This document shows, one piece after another, positions 50,101 to 64,000 of a stretch of 64,000 bases of DNA (its first letter is position 1; each line of letters opens with the position of its first letter). The translations under genes and the position numbers were made by a program. Under the pieces are notes generated by a model. The model saw only the letters and a program-made list of their open reading frames with translations. It was not told the DNA's origin and searched no databases. This stretch comes from an uncultured Gemmataceae bacterium. Its GTDB lineage: Bacteria; Planctomycetota; Planctomycetia; Gemmatales; Gemmataceae. The DNA lies in the NCBI GenBank assembly GCA_963750165.1, contig CAVVPN010000003.1:512001-576000 (forward strand), given 5' to 3'.

Positions 50101-53100
50101 CAGGCTGTTCTGGCCCGAGCTGTATTGGGCCGCAAACAGGTAGCCGCCGGTGGGAGTCAGACTCGGCGCGTTGCTGACCAGTTCCTCGTTGGTGTCCGGG
50201 TCCAGCTTGGTAATGTCCACCGTCAGCGTGCCCACGGCGAGCGTCGGGGGCACCTGGACCTGGACCAGGGTGTCGGTGGGGGAGCCGACGACCTGAGCCG
50301 CCATGGGCGTGCCTTGACCGGGCGGGTTGAACCAAACGTTGGGGGTGGTCCCGCCGGGGCCCAACAGGTTCTGCCCCGAAATGTCCAGCAAGGGAGTCGT
50401 CTGGTTGAAGTCCAACTTCAGTGAGGTAATCTGGGCCACCTGTGGCTCGTAGCTCGGGTCCGGCATGAAGGTCGTCTGGAAGGTGTTGGCGGCGTCGGCG
50501 TTGATGCCGATCTGCTGCACCTGCGCGAGGGGTGGGCCGAGGACAGGGATGGAGACAAACTTGAACGTGTTCGGGCCGACGGGCGCCGTCAGAAGCAGCG
50601 TGGTCAGGGCGGCGGTGGTCGCGGTCAGGGCGTAGACGCCCGCGGTCGTGCCAACCAGGAATGCTCCGGTCGCGGTGAAGCCGGCGCCAAGGGTGATGCT
50701 CGCGGTCAGGAGGGCGGTGTTGACGGCAACCGCCGCCGCGACGTAGATGCCCGGTAGCCAGATGTGAGGGTACTGCGAGGCCGGCCGGGCATACCCGTCG
50801 GTGCCGATCACACCGCTGTCCGTTTGCAGCCAGAGCGACACGGTCCCGCCGCTGCCGTCCGGCATGCTTCCGTATCGGTAGAAGACCACGGTCGTGCCCG
50901 GGGTCACACCAGGCATCGGAATCGCCACTTCGACTGGTTGATTCAAGCTGGCACCACCAAAATCCAGATTAAACGGGCTGGCGGCCGTGACCCAGTTCGG
51001 CAGGGTAAGAGGTAGTGTCCCCTGGTATGGGGTGATGCTCACCTGTGCCGGCTGACTCAGCGCTCCTGGCGGTATCTTCACCAGGGCGCCGTTGGCCGCG
51101 CTCACGACCCCGCCGACCGGCCCAACCGTTGCCGGGCCCACCAGGGGCGGGCTGCCCGTTACCGGAACCACCAATTCCTGGCCGTTCTGGATGACCGTCA
51201 CCTTCGCGCTACCCGGCGCGACCACCGTGACCAGCCCGTCGGCACTTACCTGAGCGACGGCGGTGTTACTCGAAAAGTACAGCGCGCCAGAGGCGGCCTC
51301 GCTGGCGTCCTGGCCGTCCTGGGTAACTTCCAGTTGACGGCTGCTCCCGGGCGCCAGGGCGAGCGCCTGGGGATAGACTGCCAGGCCGGTGTAATCGGGT
51401 GTTGCGTCAAGGTCCGGGTCGTCAACGTTCACCACCGTCGCCGCCTGGATGCCGTGGCTGGAAACGACGAGCGCGGCGCTGCCCGGCGCGACCGCGGTGA
51501 GCTGACCCGTCGCGGCCACCGTCGTCACGGTCGGGTCGGTGGTCTGAAACGTCACGTAACTGGCCGGCAGCGCCACGCCCTGCTGGTCCGCGAAGTCGCC
51601 GGTGATCGTCATCTGCTGGGTGTCGCCCGGGTTGAGTTCCGGTGCGCGATCGGTGATGTCCAGCCCCACGAGTGCGGCGCTGCTCACCGTCACCGACACC
51701 GTGCCCGCGGGCGAGGTGCCGTACCCGTCGTCCGCCTGGAACTGGAAGCTCGCGGGGCCAGTGTACCCCGGCGCGGGTGTGAACGTCACCGTGTGCCCGT
51801 CCGGGTTCAGCACGGCTGTGCCGTCCTGAGCGCTCATCACCCGATAGTAGAGCGGATCGCCCAGCGGGTCGGTCGCGAGCGTCAACAGATCGACCGTCGT
51901 CGGCAAGTCCTGGTGCGTCAGCGCCTGACCGGCCGTGACGGACGGCGGCTGGCTCGACTGGAACCCCAGGTCGGCCGCCAGCAACTGCTCGTCGGCCGCG
52001 CTCACCGTCCCGTCCAGGTTCGCATCCGCCCCGAGCACATACCCCGGCTGACCCACCGACGTACCCAGCGCCGCAGCCAGCAACTGCCCGTCCACCCCGT
52101 TCACCGTGCCGTCGCCGTTCACGTCCCCGGCCACGAACGGCCGCAGCGAGTACCCGCCCGAGGTCCCGTTGGCACTCGGCACATCGAGCAGCTCCAGCCC
52201 CTCGCTCGTGATCGTGAACAGGGCGAACGAACCATTCGGACCGGAACTCGTCATCAGCGGCGTCAGCCCGGCGATCACCGGAATGCCCGGCTGGAGCGAA
52301 CTCCCGGCGGTGGGCGTCACCTGCACTCCAAGGTAGATCTCGCCGCTGTTGGTGGACCCGATCTCCGAAGCGCGGAACGTGAATACGTACCGGTCCGTGC
52401 CGCCCGCGGAGAGCGTGCCGGTCTGCGTACTCGTCAGGAATTGACCCGAAGTGCCCAGGTTTGCCGTCAGCGGCAGCACCAGCGGGGCCGGGGTGTACTG
52501 CACCACGGCGCTGTCACTGGCCACCGGCGAAACGATCAGATCCAGGAGGTGGGTGCCGGCCGAGTACCCGTACCGGCTCGACTGCCCCAGCGCGATGTTC
52601 CGCGCCGACATCAGATTGCCGGCCGAATCGTAGCTGTAAACTACCTGGCTCCCGTCGGACGCAGTGATCGTGGCGATGCGCCCTTGCGCGTCCGTCACAA
52701 ACGTAAGCGTGTCGCCGGTGGAACTGGTGATGCCGCCGTTGGTGAAGTACAGTACCGTCCCACCCGGCGTGGTTTCCTCCACGAGCTTGCCGGTGGCGCT
52801 CAGGTCGTACACGGTGCCGTCCGGACCTGTCAGCGTGTACGCCGCGCCGCTGAATTGTCCGCTGGCCGGGTTGTACGGCACCGCCGTCTTCAGGTCATAG
52901 AACCGATCGCCTGCCTTCACCAGGACACCGCCCGCGGAGGAGAGCATCCAGTTCATGCCCGGATCCGCCTGCCAGGCCGGAGTGTAGTACGTCACACCCG
53001 TTTGCGTGTGCGCCACCGGCTCGAAGGTGAACCCCACACGGCTGCCGTCCGGCAGCGTCAGGTACAACCGGGTTCCGACCCGGAACGGGTTGTACACACC

Positions 53101-56100
53101 CTGATCTTCCGACCCCGATGGCGGGACGTTGGTCTGGACGGCGAAATCGGTGTTGGCCAGCCGCCAGCCGTTGCCGAAGGTGCCGGACTGGTTGGCGGTG
53201 AGCGAATCGTACTGACGGGTCAGGGTCACCGACACACCGCCGAGCTGCACCGTCAGGTCGGACTCAGTGCGCAGGTACTGTGTGGACTTGGCCGCCGTGT
53301 CCACTTCGACCACGGCTTCGGTCTGGCTGGTGCGGCCGCTGATGTTCGTTGCCGTCAGCCGGAGTTCGTAGAATCCGTTCTCCAGGGCGGTCGGGTCGAA
53401 CGACGCCAGGGCGCCTGAGAACACGTTGGCGTTGCCCTGCGCCAGGGTGGTGAAGTCGGTGCTCCCGAGCGGCGCGAAATCCAGCACCCACGAATCCAGG
53501 TTCGTGTCGCTGATCGTGCCGACGACGCTCGTCGGAGCCTTCAGCGGGTCCGCGCTCAGGTGCGGGTCGAGTTCCACGACCGGCACGGCAAGGTCGTTCG
53601 GGTCGCGCACCTTGAGCACGGTGGCGTACTGGCCGACGAGCCCGTCGCCGTCGGTCGCCGATGCGTTGACGGAGTAGCGACCGGGGGTTGGTGGGGTGAA
53701 CGTCCCGCGGCCCTGGCTGTCGAGGGTGAGCACCTGGCCGTTCACCTCGGCGGTGAGCCCGGCGATCGGCGCGACGCTGGCGGCGATGACGTGGATCAGC
53801 ACCGGCGACCCGGGCAGGTCCGGGAAGCTCGGGGTCAGGACGACCTGGACGCTCGGCGCCATCGAGGCGAGCGTGGACCGCAGGAGCACCGTCTGACTGG
53901 TGCTCGTCTGGCTGTCGGCGGCGGAGAACGTCACCGAGTAATCACCCACCTGGGTCGGCCCGGGCGTCCAGGTGAACTGACCCGTTTGCGCGTTCAGAAC
54001 GGCCCCTTCGGGCATTCCGAGGGCCGAGTAACTCAGGGTCAGTCCCTGGTTCAGCTCGGTGCCCACCAGTTGGAAGTTGAGTGCTTGACCGACGACCGCG
54101 GAGTGGCCGATCACACTCAGGGTCGGGGTGCGGTACGTCGGATCGATGTGGACCTGGACGGAGATGGTGTCACTCAGCCCGGTCGCATCGGTGGCACTGA
54201 ACTGGACCGTGTAGTCGCCCGCCTGAACGTAGTTCGGGGTCCACTGGAACTCGCCCGAAGTATTGTTGAACGTCGCGCCGGTCGGGAGCCCGGTGGCGCT
54301 GTAGGCAACCGGGTCGCCGTTCGGGTCGCCGGCGACGACGGCGAACTGGATCGGCGTCCCCTCGCGCCGGACTGCGGCACCAGCGGCACCAGGGTCGGGG
54401 CCTGGTTCAGGTGCGCGACCGTGACGCTCACGGTGGTGGACGCGCTCAGGTAGCCGTCGCTGGCGGTGACGCCGATGGTGTAGTTCCCCTCCTCGAAGGT
54501 GTTCGGCGTCCAGGTGATCGTCCCGGTGCGCGGGTCGATGGCCGCGCCGGGCGGCAGGCCGGTGGCCGCGTAGGTGAGCGCGTTGCCGTCCGCGTCCGTG
54601 GCGGCCACGGTCACCGAGAAGGGCTGGCCGGCGACGACCGCCTGGGGGTTGACCGGCGGGAACATCGGCGCATCATCGCTGGCGCGGACGGTGATGTGAA
54701 CCGTCTGCTCGTCACCCAGCACCGGACCGGCGCCATTGTTGCCGTTATCGGCCACCTGGAAGACCACCGTGTCCATCCCGGCGTCGGCGTCGGCGGGCGT
54801 CCAGGCGAACACCGCCTGACCGTACGTGTTCGTCGGAGTCAAGGTCGCGGTGCCCGGCAGGCCCAGCGCGCTGAAGGTGAGCGGATCCTGGTCGCCGTCG
54901 GTGGCCTGGAGGGTGAACTGCAACGGCTGACCGATGACGGCCACCTTGTCGCCGGTGGGGACCAGGTGGGGCGGTTCGTTGGGCACGTTCACCGAAAGCA
55001 CAAATGACTGGCTCGTGGACAGGATCGCATACCGGCCGTTCCCGTCGCCGTTGTCGGTGGCGGTCAGGGTGATCGTGTAGTTGCCGCGGTCGGACAGCCC
55101 CGGCGCGAACTGGAACTGCCCGGTCCCGTCGCCGTTGTCCATGAACGTGGCGAACGTTGGCAGGCCGGTCACGGTCAACTTCAGCGGGTCGCCGTCCGGG
55201 TCGGTGGCCGTCACCGGCAGCGCCAGGGTCGCGCCCCCGTTCACGGTCTGGTTGGCAATGGTCGGAACGACCGGGGCCTGGTTAACGTTCAGCACCGTGA
55301 TCGGCACCGTGACGCTGGTGCTGAGCGGGGTGCCGGTGCCGTCGCCGTCGTTGGTGGCGGTGAACGTGACGTTGTACGTCCCGGCGTCGGTGTAGCCCGT
55401 CCGCCAGTTGAACTCGGCCGTGACCGGGTCGAACGTCGCGTCGGCGGGCAACCCGCTGACGGTATAGGTGATCGTCGGGTTGGTGCCCTCGAGCGGGGTG
55501 AGCGTCCCGTTCGCGGTCCGGTCCTGGGGGATGAACCCTGGGTTATTCGGGTCCGTGGCGAACGCCAGGAACGTGATGTCCTGGCCTTCGGCCACGCGCC
55601 ACCCGCCCAGGTTGTCGAACACCGGGGGTGCGTTCACGTTCAGCACTGTGAACGTGGTCGTCACAGTGGTGGACTGCTGCCCGTTGTTGACGGTGAACGG
55701 GACCTGGTAGACGCCGTGCTGATCGTACCCTGGGGTCCAGTCGAACACACCCGTGTTCGGGTCCAGGTACGCGCCACCTGGCAGGAAGGCGCTCGAGTAC
55801 GTGAGCGCCAGACCGTTCGGGTCGGTCGCCGCGAGCGGGATGTGGATCGACTCGCCCTCGAGCACGGTGCGGTCTGCCGGGCGCTGGATTGCCGGCGGCT
55901 GAACGGTCGGCGCGATGAGCAGCGTTGTAGTTTCGCTCACCGTGCTGATCCCGTCGCTGACGAAGAACGTGACGTTCAGGTACGTGCCCGCCTGCCCGGC
56001 GGCCGGGGTCCAGGTGAGGGTCTGTTGCTGCTCATCGAACACCGCGCCGGGTGGCAGGTTGTCGGCCCAGTAGACGAGCGGGTTGTCGGCGGGGTCGGTG

Positions 56101-59100
56101 GCGCTGACGGCGATCTGGAGCTGTTGCCCTTCCTGGCCGTTCTCGATGGCTGGCAGCGAGGTGAACACCGGCGGCGCGTTCACGCCGGAAACGGATACGG
56201 TGAACGTCTGCTGGGCGTGCGAACCGCGGGAGTTGTACACCTCGACGATCACCGAAGCCTGACCCGGGCTGGCTACGGTCGGCGTCCAGGTGATGAGGCC
56301 CGAGCGCGGGTCGATCGTCATCCCGGCCGGACCCTGGTACAGCAGGTAGCTCAGCGCGGCGTCGTTCGGGTCGTGGGCCGCGACCTGATACTGGTATTCC
56401 TGGCCGACGGCCCCCGTCGCGACCGGCTGCGAGTCGATGATCGGCGGCGCGCTCGGGGCCGGCATGGCCAGCGCGCCGGTCTGGAACGACGGGCGCAGCC
56501 CGGATGGGTCCGAGAACGTGATGGTGATCGGCGCGGACGTCTGGCCGGGCGTCAGCCGCCCGCCCGCCACCGCGCTGCTGAGGTCCACCCACCAGGTCCC
56601 AGTGGGCGACTGCTGGCCCGGCAGGTTGAGCACCCGGGCGTCGGTCGGGCCGAGCGAGTCGAAGGTCAGGACGAACGGCGCCAGGATGTCGTAGCCGGTG
56701 ATGTTGGTCAGGGTGATGTCGTACGAGTACGTCTGGGTGACCGCGTCCGCCCGGCCGTTGGCGAAGTGGATGGTCACGAGCGCGGTGGCGTCGGCCACCG
56801 CGCGAAAGTCGGTGGCGTAAGGGGAAACGAGGGTCAGGCCGTTGGCGGCCTCGACGCCGATGCCGACCGTGAGGGTGTAGTGGTCCGGGGCGAGGGAATC
56901 GAACGTCAGGACAGCCGTCCGGGTGGCCGCGGCGTAGGTGACGCCGGAGATGGTGATCGGGCCGGCGTTGTCTCCGACGAGGGTGTAGTTGGCCGGGTTG
57001 GTGACCGAGTTCGGGTCGGTCGGGCTGTCGGCCAGCATGTCCTCGTCGAACGTGACGCTCAGGCTCCCCAGGGGCAGCGCCACGAGCCCCTGCGCCGGCG
57101 GGTTGGTGCTCGACACCAGGGGCGGCTGGATCGGGCTGATTACGTCGATCTGGTTCGTCTGGCTCAGGAACACCCGGCCGTCGGCGCTGGTCTTGAGTTC
57201 GTCGCCGCGGGTGCCGCCGGTCGCCACCGCGACCTGCTGGAGGGTGGCCAGATCGACCATCGAGAGTTCGGTCCCGGACGCGCCCGGGTCCGGCTCATCG
57301 TGCGACACGAACAGAAGCCCGTCGAGCTTGCTCCCCGAAACGCCGAAGGCGATCGAATCGACCGGCGCGGCGAACTGGAGCATCACCTGCGGTGAAACCG
57401 CCGACTGAGGCTTGGTCAGGTCGAACCGGACCACGTCGTTGGTGCTGTCCGGCCAGGCGGCGGCCCACAGGCTGCCGTCCGGGGCGAACGCCAGGCTGCC
57501 GACCCGGATGTCGCTGTAGTGGCGGAACGTGTGCGCCACCGGGTCGAAGATCTCGATCCCGCTGCCGGACGACACGTAAATGAGGCCGGTGCCGGGCTGG
57601 ATCGCGAGGCTCTGGGTCAGGCTGTCGCCCCACTGGCCAAGCACCGCGACGGTGGTCGGGTTCAGTTCCACCAGGGGGCCGCCGCCGGTGGTGGCCCAGA
57701 CGTTCCCGGCGCTGTCGAGCGCCATGTCGTAGATTGGGAACGGCTCGGTCGCCAGCGGCGTGCCGGCCGTGCCGCCGCCGCTGGGGAACAGGAACAACTG
57801 ATTGCGGGCCGGGCCGCCGCTGGCGAGGACGGTGTGGTCGGGCAGCGGCAGCAGCGCCAGCGGGCCGATGCCGGCCTCGCTCTGGCCGATGCCGGTGGCG
57901 AACGCCTGGGCCGAGAACGGCTGGAGCACGCTCTTGAACTCGGACGGATTGCTCGCCGGGGTCGAGGCCGGGATCCCCTGCTGGGCCTGGGTGAACAGCG
58001 CGTTGGTGGACTGACCGGTGGGCTGGGCGGGAGTACCGAGGCTCGTCTGGGTGGTCGTGACCGTGGGGAGGGTGCCCAGGTTCGCACCCGAGCCGGAATC
58101 CGGAACCAAGAGCGGCGGCGGCGGTGGCTCGACGTTGCCGGCGTTGTCGGTGGCCAGCGCCAGGAACTGGTACATGTGCCCGGCCTGGCCGTTGTAGATG
58201 CCGCTGGTGGCGGTGGTCTGGTCGAGCCAGATCTGGTAGTCGCCGCCGTCCTCGGACACGAACACGGTCACCGATTTGACCCCGGACCCGCCCGGGTCGT
58301 CGGTGGCGGTCCACTGGACGTTGTAATCGGACCCGCCGGGCGTGATGGGGGCGACCGTCAGGGTCGTGGTTGGGGCCGTGCCGTCCACGGTGCTGGTGGC
58401 GGTGTTGGTGGTTTGCGGGGGCGCGTTGTTGAGCTGCACCTGGGCCTGGGCGCTGATGGTCGTGCCGGTGGCCAGCCCGGCCAGCGGCTGGACCGTGTAC
58501 GTGACGAACCCTTCACCGGCCCCGCTGGCGTCATTCGGCGGGAGCAGCCCCCTGGTCGGGTTCTGGATGAGCGTACCGGTGTTCGGGTCGATCGCCTGGA
58601 TGAGCCAGGTGATGGCGTCGCTACTGATGTCGATGCCGGCCGAGACGCGGAGGATGAACCCCTTCGTATCGGTGTAGTCGAAGTCGCCCTGGAACGAGCC
58701 CAGTCCCGCCGGAATGTTGACCGACAGATCCCCGATCTGGAGGCTGCCGAGGCGGAAGCTGCGCGGGTCCAGCTTCGGGTCGAGCTGTTCAATGATCTGG
58801 ATCTGATTGGTTGTGGAGGACGCGCCGGCGGGGTTGGCGAACTGGATCGTGTACGGCAGCGCGTGGCCCACCGGGACAAACTGCTGGACCCCGAACCCGT
58901 ACGGGCCGGTGATCGTGTCCTGGCCCTGGGCAGCCGTCGCGGAGAGGTACTGGGTCAGGTTCGGCGGCGCGACCGTGACAAAGTTCGGGTTCTCGGGGTG
59001 GGTCACGTCGGAACCGGCCGAGTCGTCGTCGCCCGGACCGGCGTCAAAATCGTTGGCGTACGGGACGTACACGTTGAACGCCTCGAAGTGGGTCGGCTGG

Positions 59101-62100
59101 GAGGCTTGCAGGTCGTACATGCTGGCCGGCGGGGTGTTGGCCTGGAGGTATGGTCCGCTCCCGTCGTCGTCCGCCGGGTTCAGGTCCTCCCCGGTGCCGA
59201 TGTACGGGGACACCTGCGTCTGGTCGCCCCCGTACCAGGTGCGCACCTGGGCGAAGAACTGGGTCAGGTTCCCGGTGGTAATGATCTGCTGGCCGGCCGG
59301 GCCGGCGAGGATCCCAGCACTCAGGGTGGCGATCAGGCTCGGCACCAGCGGGTTGGCCCGCACCGCGGGTGGCACATCGACCGGCTGGAGGATCCCGGCC
59401 TGGGACAGGGCCGTCAGGTACAGCGCGTCCCAGTTGGTCGCGTCGGCCGCCAGGATCTGGAGGCCCGGCGCGGCCGTCGGGTCCTTGAGGATGGCCTGCC
59501 GGAGCTGCTCGGCGAACGCGGTCTGCTGGGCGACGAACTCGGCGCCCGTCAGCGGCGTGGCCGCGGCCATGATGTGGAACGCGAACGCCGTTTCGGCCGG
59601 CGGGTTCATGCCCGCGCCGGGCGGGAGACCGTTGGGGTAGGTCTGGACGTTGAACGTCAGCCCGATGTTCGAGCGGTCGGCGAAATTGACGGCGTAGCCG
59701 GTGGCCAGGTCCTCGCCCCCGGTGTTGATGACGTTGCCGGCGGTGTCCCAGGCCACGCCGGACACGTTCGGATCACTGTCGGCGCCCAGGTTGGTGGTGA
59801 ACCCCAGGTACGGGACCGGGGGGGATGAGCCGTCGCCGGGGTTCAGCGGCAGGGCCGGGATCCCGTACTGGAACTCGACGTAGGGGATATCGACGTTGGT
59901 GAGGCTCTGGAGAGTGAACCCGTAGAGCCCGGAACTTCCGGCCCAGACGACCCGCGGGCCGCCGAGCCCGACCGTGACGTCCGGGGGTAGCGCCTGCTCG
60001 ACCAGGTATCGGTACGGGGCGAACGCGGTCGAGCCGTCCGGGTTGATCACCTCGATGTCGTACAGCCCGTGCGGGGCGCTCGTGAGGTCGAAGATGGCCA
60101 CGATGGTGGTGCTGTTCACCACCTGGTAACTGGCCGGCTCGTATTCGGCGAACCCGGGACGGACCAGCTTGACGACGGCATCCGGGGAGAACTGCGCGCC
60201 GGTGATGGTGGTGGTGACGTACTTGCTGTCGCCCCCGTTGTCCGGGGTCACGTCGGTGACCTCGAACGGCAGCACCTGCGCCAGGAGGGTGACCGCCGTG
60301 GGGCCGGACGGTTCCGACTGCCCACGGACCAGGACGTAGTACACCCCAGCCTTCGTGGAAGGGATGACGGCGTACTGGTTCGCCTGGAGCGGGCCCTGGT
60401 AGATGGCGTCGTAGACGGACCCGGTCGGGACCGCGTTGTACCGCAGGTACAGTTCGTTGGACGCCGCCGGATCGGACGAGGTGAGGTCCACGCGCAGGGT
60501 CTGGCCCTGTGCCACGGTCACCTGGTAGAGCTGGGTCTGGCCGGTGGCGAGGGTGGTGCTCAGGGGCACGCCCAGGTGCAACTCGGGCACGGTCACGCTC
60601 ACCACGTCCGCCGAGGCGGTGGTGTTGTTGAGCTTGTTGCTCTCGGGCACCTGGTCGAAGATGTCGGTGCGGACGATCACCCGGTACTGCCCGGCGCGAC
60701 GGCGGGCATGGTGACATCGGTGGCGCCGGTGTACGTCTGGCCCGGCATGAGCGTGCCGCCGGAGTATCTGATCGTGCCCAGGAGCGGATCACTGATGGAC
60801 CAGGTGGCGTCCGGGGACAGGTACAGGGCGTCGCTCCAGGAGCCGTACGCCGCGTACGTGCCGATGTTCTCGACCGTCCACTGAATGTGGGCCGACTGAC
60901 CGGCCATGGCCGACCCCGGCACGGGGACCGTTTCGACCTCAAGGTCGGCCGGCGGCGGCTGGTCGATGATGAGCGGGACGGTGGTGGCGGTGGCGTTGTT
61001 GGTCTCGTTGGACTCGTACACGCTGCCGCGCGGGTCCGCACCGACGAGCGGGTCGGTGATGACGATGACGTACCAGGGGCCGAGCAGACCCGTCGGGGTC
61101 TGGAAGGTGAGCGTGTTGGTGTAGCCGGCCCCGGCGGCCAGCGCGCCGGAGTGCTGGAAGAATCCGAGGTACGTGTCCGCCGGGTCCAGGATCGGGTCGC
61201 GCGACAGGTAGACGGCGTCGGTCCAACTGGTCTGCCGGGCGAGGGTGGCGCCGGCGCCCTCATTGGTGACCGTATACGTGACGGTAAACGACTGGCCGGA
61301 GTAAACGTGGTCGGTCTGCATCGGGTCGGGGCCGGCGGCCGCGGCCGCGGTGACCTGGAGGTCCGGCAACAGGGTCGCCTGGACCGGCAGGAGGCCTGCC
61401 GTAACGTTGTCCCCCTCACCCTGGAACTCCGGGACCATGTTCATGGCCTCGGTGACATACGGAACGTCCAGCGGCGTGGTGCTCGGCTTCACCGAGTCGG
61501 TGTAGACGAGGATGTAGTAGTTCCCCTGGATCCCGTACGGCAGGGTGACGTTGAGCCCGGCGGTGTACGAGCCGCCCATCGGCAGGCCGGACGTGTGAGG
61601 CACGACTCCCAAGGACACGGCGGTGTCGTCCAGCGACGGGGACTGCGACAGGTACACGCTATCGACCCAGTACCCCTCGCGGGTGTCGCGGCTGCCGACG
61701 TTGGTGACGGTCCAGGTGACCGGGATGGTGTCCCCGGCGTGCGGGGCCGTGGTCGGCACGACCAGGTTCGTCACCCGGAGGTCCGGCTCGCGGTAGAGCA
61801 CCGGGATCGACCCGCCGCCGATGTTGTTCGTCGGGTCCTCGTACCCGTTGCTCTCGAAGTAGTCGCGGCTGGCGTCGTTGTCCGTACCTCCCGTGCGCGT
61901 CAGGCCGTAGGGGTCCGTGACGACGTACACGTAGAACGGCGCCGGGGCGTTCCCCATGCCGCCGATGCCGCGCGGGAGCGTGAAGGTGAGCGTGCCGGTG
62001 TAGCTCTGCCCCGTGCCCAGCGGCTGGTCGTTGCTGTGTGGGACGCTCCCGACCAGAAGCGTGTATGCGTCGTCGGGCAGGAACGTCGAGTACGGGGACA

Positions 62101-64000
62101 CGTACACCTCGTCGGTCCAGTACCGGGTGCCGGACCAGACCGTGCGCCGAAGTTCTCGACAGTCCACTGAACGGCGGTTTTCTCGCCCGAGTAGTTGGAC
62201 GCGGGGCCGGTCACGGAGGTGACCCGGAGGTCGGCGGTCGGCAGCGGGGTGACCAGGGTCGATGCGGAAGCGGTGTTGTTGTTAGTGTACGGCCCCTCCC
62301 ATGTCGGGAGGGTATTGGGGCCGCCCGTATTGGTGTCCACGATCACGTACGTCCCGGAGATCTCCGGGGACAACTGGAACGTCTGCTGGGCCGTGTAACT
62401 GGCCCCGGCCGCGACGGCCCCGTCGTGCTCGACCACGCCCAGGAGCCACTGCTTGGCGCCAGGTGCGTTGAGGGTCGGCTGGTTCGACAGGTACACGGTG
62501 TCGTACAGGACCGAGTCCTCGGTCGGGCTTGTCCCCTCGTTCTGGACCGTCCAGCTCACCGTGTAGTTGTCCCCGCCCACCGCGGTCGCCTGCGGGTGGA
62601 CGGCGGTCACGACGAGGTCCGGCGGCGGGGTGAGCAGGACGGTGATCGGCCGGGCCTTGTAGTTGTCGTTGTTGAGCTGGTGCGGGTCGTCCGGGTTGAT
62701 GTTGACGTCGAAGGTGCTCTTGATGAGCGTGTCGAACGAGTCGGCCCAGGGTGTGATGTAGTACTGCCCGGAAATGTGCTTGGGCAGGGTGACCGTGGTG
62801 CTGACCGTGTAACTCCCGGGTGGGGACAGGACGCTCGGGTCGTTGCCCAGGACCCCCTGGTGGGTGAGTGTGGTCAGGAGTACGTCACCCTTCGACGGGT
62901 TCGGCCGGGTGGGGTCGTGGGTCAGCCAGATGGTGTCGGCCCAACTCGGCAGATCGGTCGGGCCGGCGCCCTTGTTGGACACAGTGTACTGGACGGTGAT
63001 GGTGGTGCCGTCGTACGTCTGGTCCGGGGCCGCCACCGCGCCGGTGACCAAGTCGGCCGGCGGCAGCGGGCTGATGGTGATCGGCCAAACGAACGTGTTA
63101 TTGTTGCCGTTCGGGCCCTCGTTCACCGCGTCGTCGCTGTTGGTCTGGACGATCAGGTACGCGGGGCCGCTGAACCGCTGGGGGATGACCAGGTCGCCGG
63201 TCTGGGTCTGGTACTCCGCGTTCGGGTCGAGGGCCGACTGGTTGGCGAACCTGCCCAGGAGCGTGGCGCTACCGTCGAGCGTGCCGTGGAGCGACAGGTA
63301 CACGCTGTCGTGCCAGTTCGGCGCGTTGGTCGGCACGGTCCCCTGGTTGATGATCGTGAAGCTCAGGGACACGGTCCCGCCGGCCTGGCCGGTCGTGGGG
63401 GCCGAAACGGACTGGACCTGGAGGTCCGGTTCGGCCGGCAGCGCCAGGGTGATCGGGGTCGGGTCGGAGAGCGTGGGGTTTGCCGTCGCGCCCCCCTCGT
63501 ACAAGGTTCCGGTGGAGTTGGTCGTCACCGCGAGCTGGAACACGCCCTGGACGTTCTGCGGCAACTGGACCTGTTCGGTGCGGGTGTACGACAGGCCCGA
63601 CTGGAGCGGGTAGGGGTAGACGAAGCTGCCGAGCGAGTACGAGGTGCCAGTGCCGCCCACCTGCTTCAGGGTCAGTTGATCGGCCCAGGAACCAGAGGCG
63701 GCGCCGGGACCGACGTTCTGCACGGTCCAGGTAACGTCGATCTTGTCGCCGGCGTTCGCCTGGGACACCGACGCGCTCAGGGCGGTGGGGGTGAGGGCCG
63801 GCGCGGGGGTCACTGTCACCGCGACCGGTCCGCTGACGGCGGTGTTGTTGTTCGTGTAAACGAACTCGTACGGTCCGCCGGTGTGGACTACCAGGTAGTA
63901 CGTGCCGGCGGCCAGAGTCAAGGGGAGGGTGACGGTGGCCGTTTCGGTGTAGCTCCCGTCCACCGCCAGCGCGCCCGTGTGGCCTAAGGCGCCCAGGTCG
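44146..64000 (-). CDS. Giant multidomain surface protein (CARDB, Ig/He_PIG, YD repeats, beta-propellers, PG-binding, MepA-like and HExxH peptidases, dockerins); 5' end outside the window
   Basis: ORFs 61900-63963, 60677-62167, 54174-60680 and 44146-54114 join through 1-nt slips at ~62143, ~60690 and ~54365; the frame is open to 64000, giving >6,600 codons. Confidence 0.85.

Noticed and set aside
52550..53250. Classical Rhs polymorphic toxin with immunity gene
   Set aside because: There are only a few YD repeats, no visible core-terminal motif, and the downstream gene is a PEP-CTERM protein.
180..62150. Programmed frameshifting or mass pseudogenisation (breaks near 185, 4570, 6615, 9400, 17775, 54365, 60690, 62143)
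   Set aside because: The three breaks I checked base by base (in the giant gene) are single missing bases in GC-rich contexts with no slippery heptamer, and the others look alike in unrelated genes. Long-read consensus error is more parsimonious.

Overview
High-GC bacterial DNA with Planctomycetota (Gemmataceae-like) hallmarks: a TIGR03000 domain, planctomycete-type LRR and integrase, and PEP-CTERM/dockerin proteins. Several genes carry apparent single-base indels that look like long-read errors. There are three zones. (1) 1-22 kb is chromosomal backbone: an ECF sigma/anti-sigma trio, three tandem secreted paralogues, an HTH-acidic-TM protein, a LarA-like protein, SYLF, an IS110 inserted into a palindromic MITE/REP element, a Cys/Met-rich protein, rhomboid, an EEP nuclease, tatA and tRNA-Val(CAC), with many long intergenic palindromes. 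(2) About 22-43 kb is an island at tRNA-Val with a truncated integrase, a MobF relaxase remnant and a second IS110. It carries a stress/post-transcriptional cargo: two divergent DUF2294 genes, two csrA, an extra Zn-type S14, CsbD/GlsB/DUF3309/DUF1328 and a GT4-GH130 operon. (3) From 43 kb to the right edge lies a giant (>6,600 aa, open at the edge) CARDB/Ig/YD/dockerin protein, followed by a cohesin-like PEP-CTERM gene. Best candidates for undescribed biology: (a) a ~110-nt structured, terminator-ending leader found twice (27350-27460 + and 41260-41369 -) with compensatory changes, ahead of DUF2294 and csrA; (b) a cohesin-PEP-CTERM / dockerin anchoring pair that may display a giant protein carrying a peptidoglycan-binding plus MepA-like endopeptidase cassette. 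All family calls are by-eye motif recognition, not database searches.
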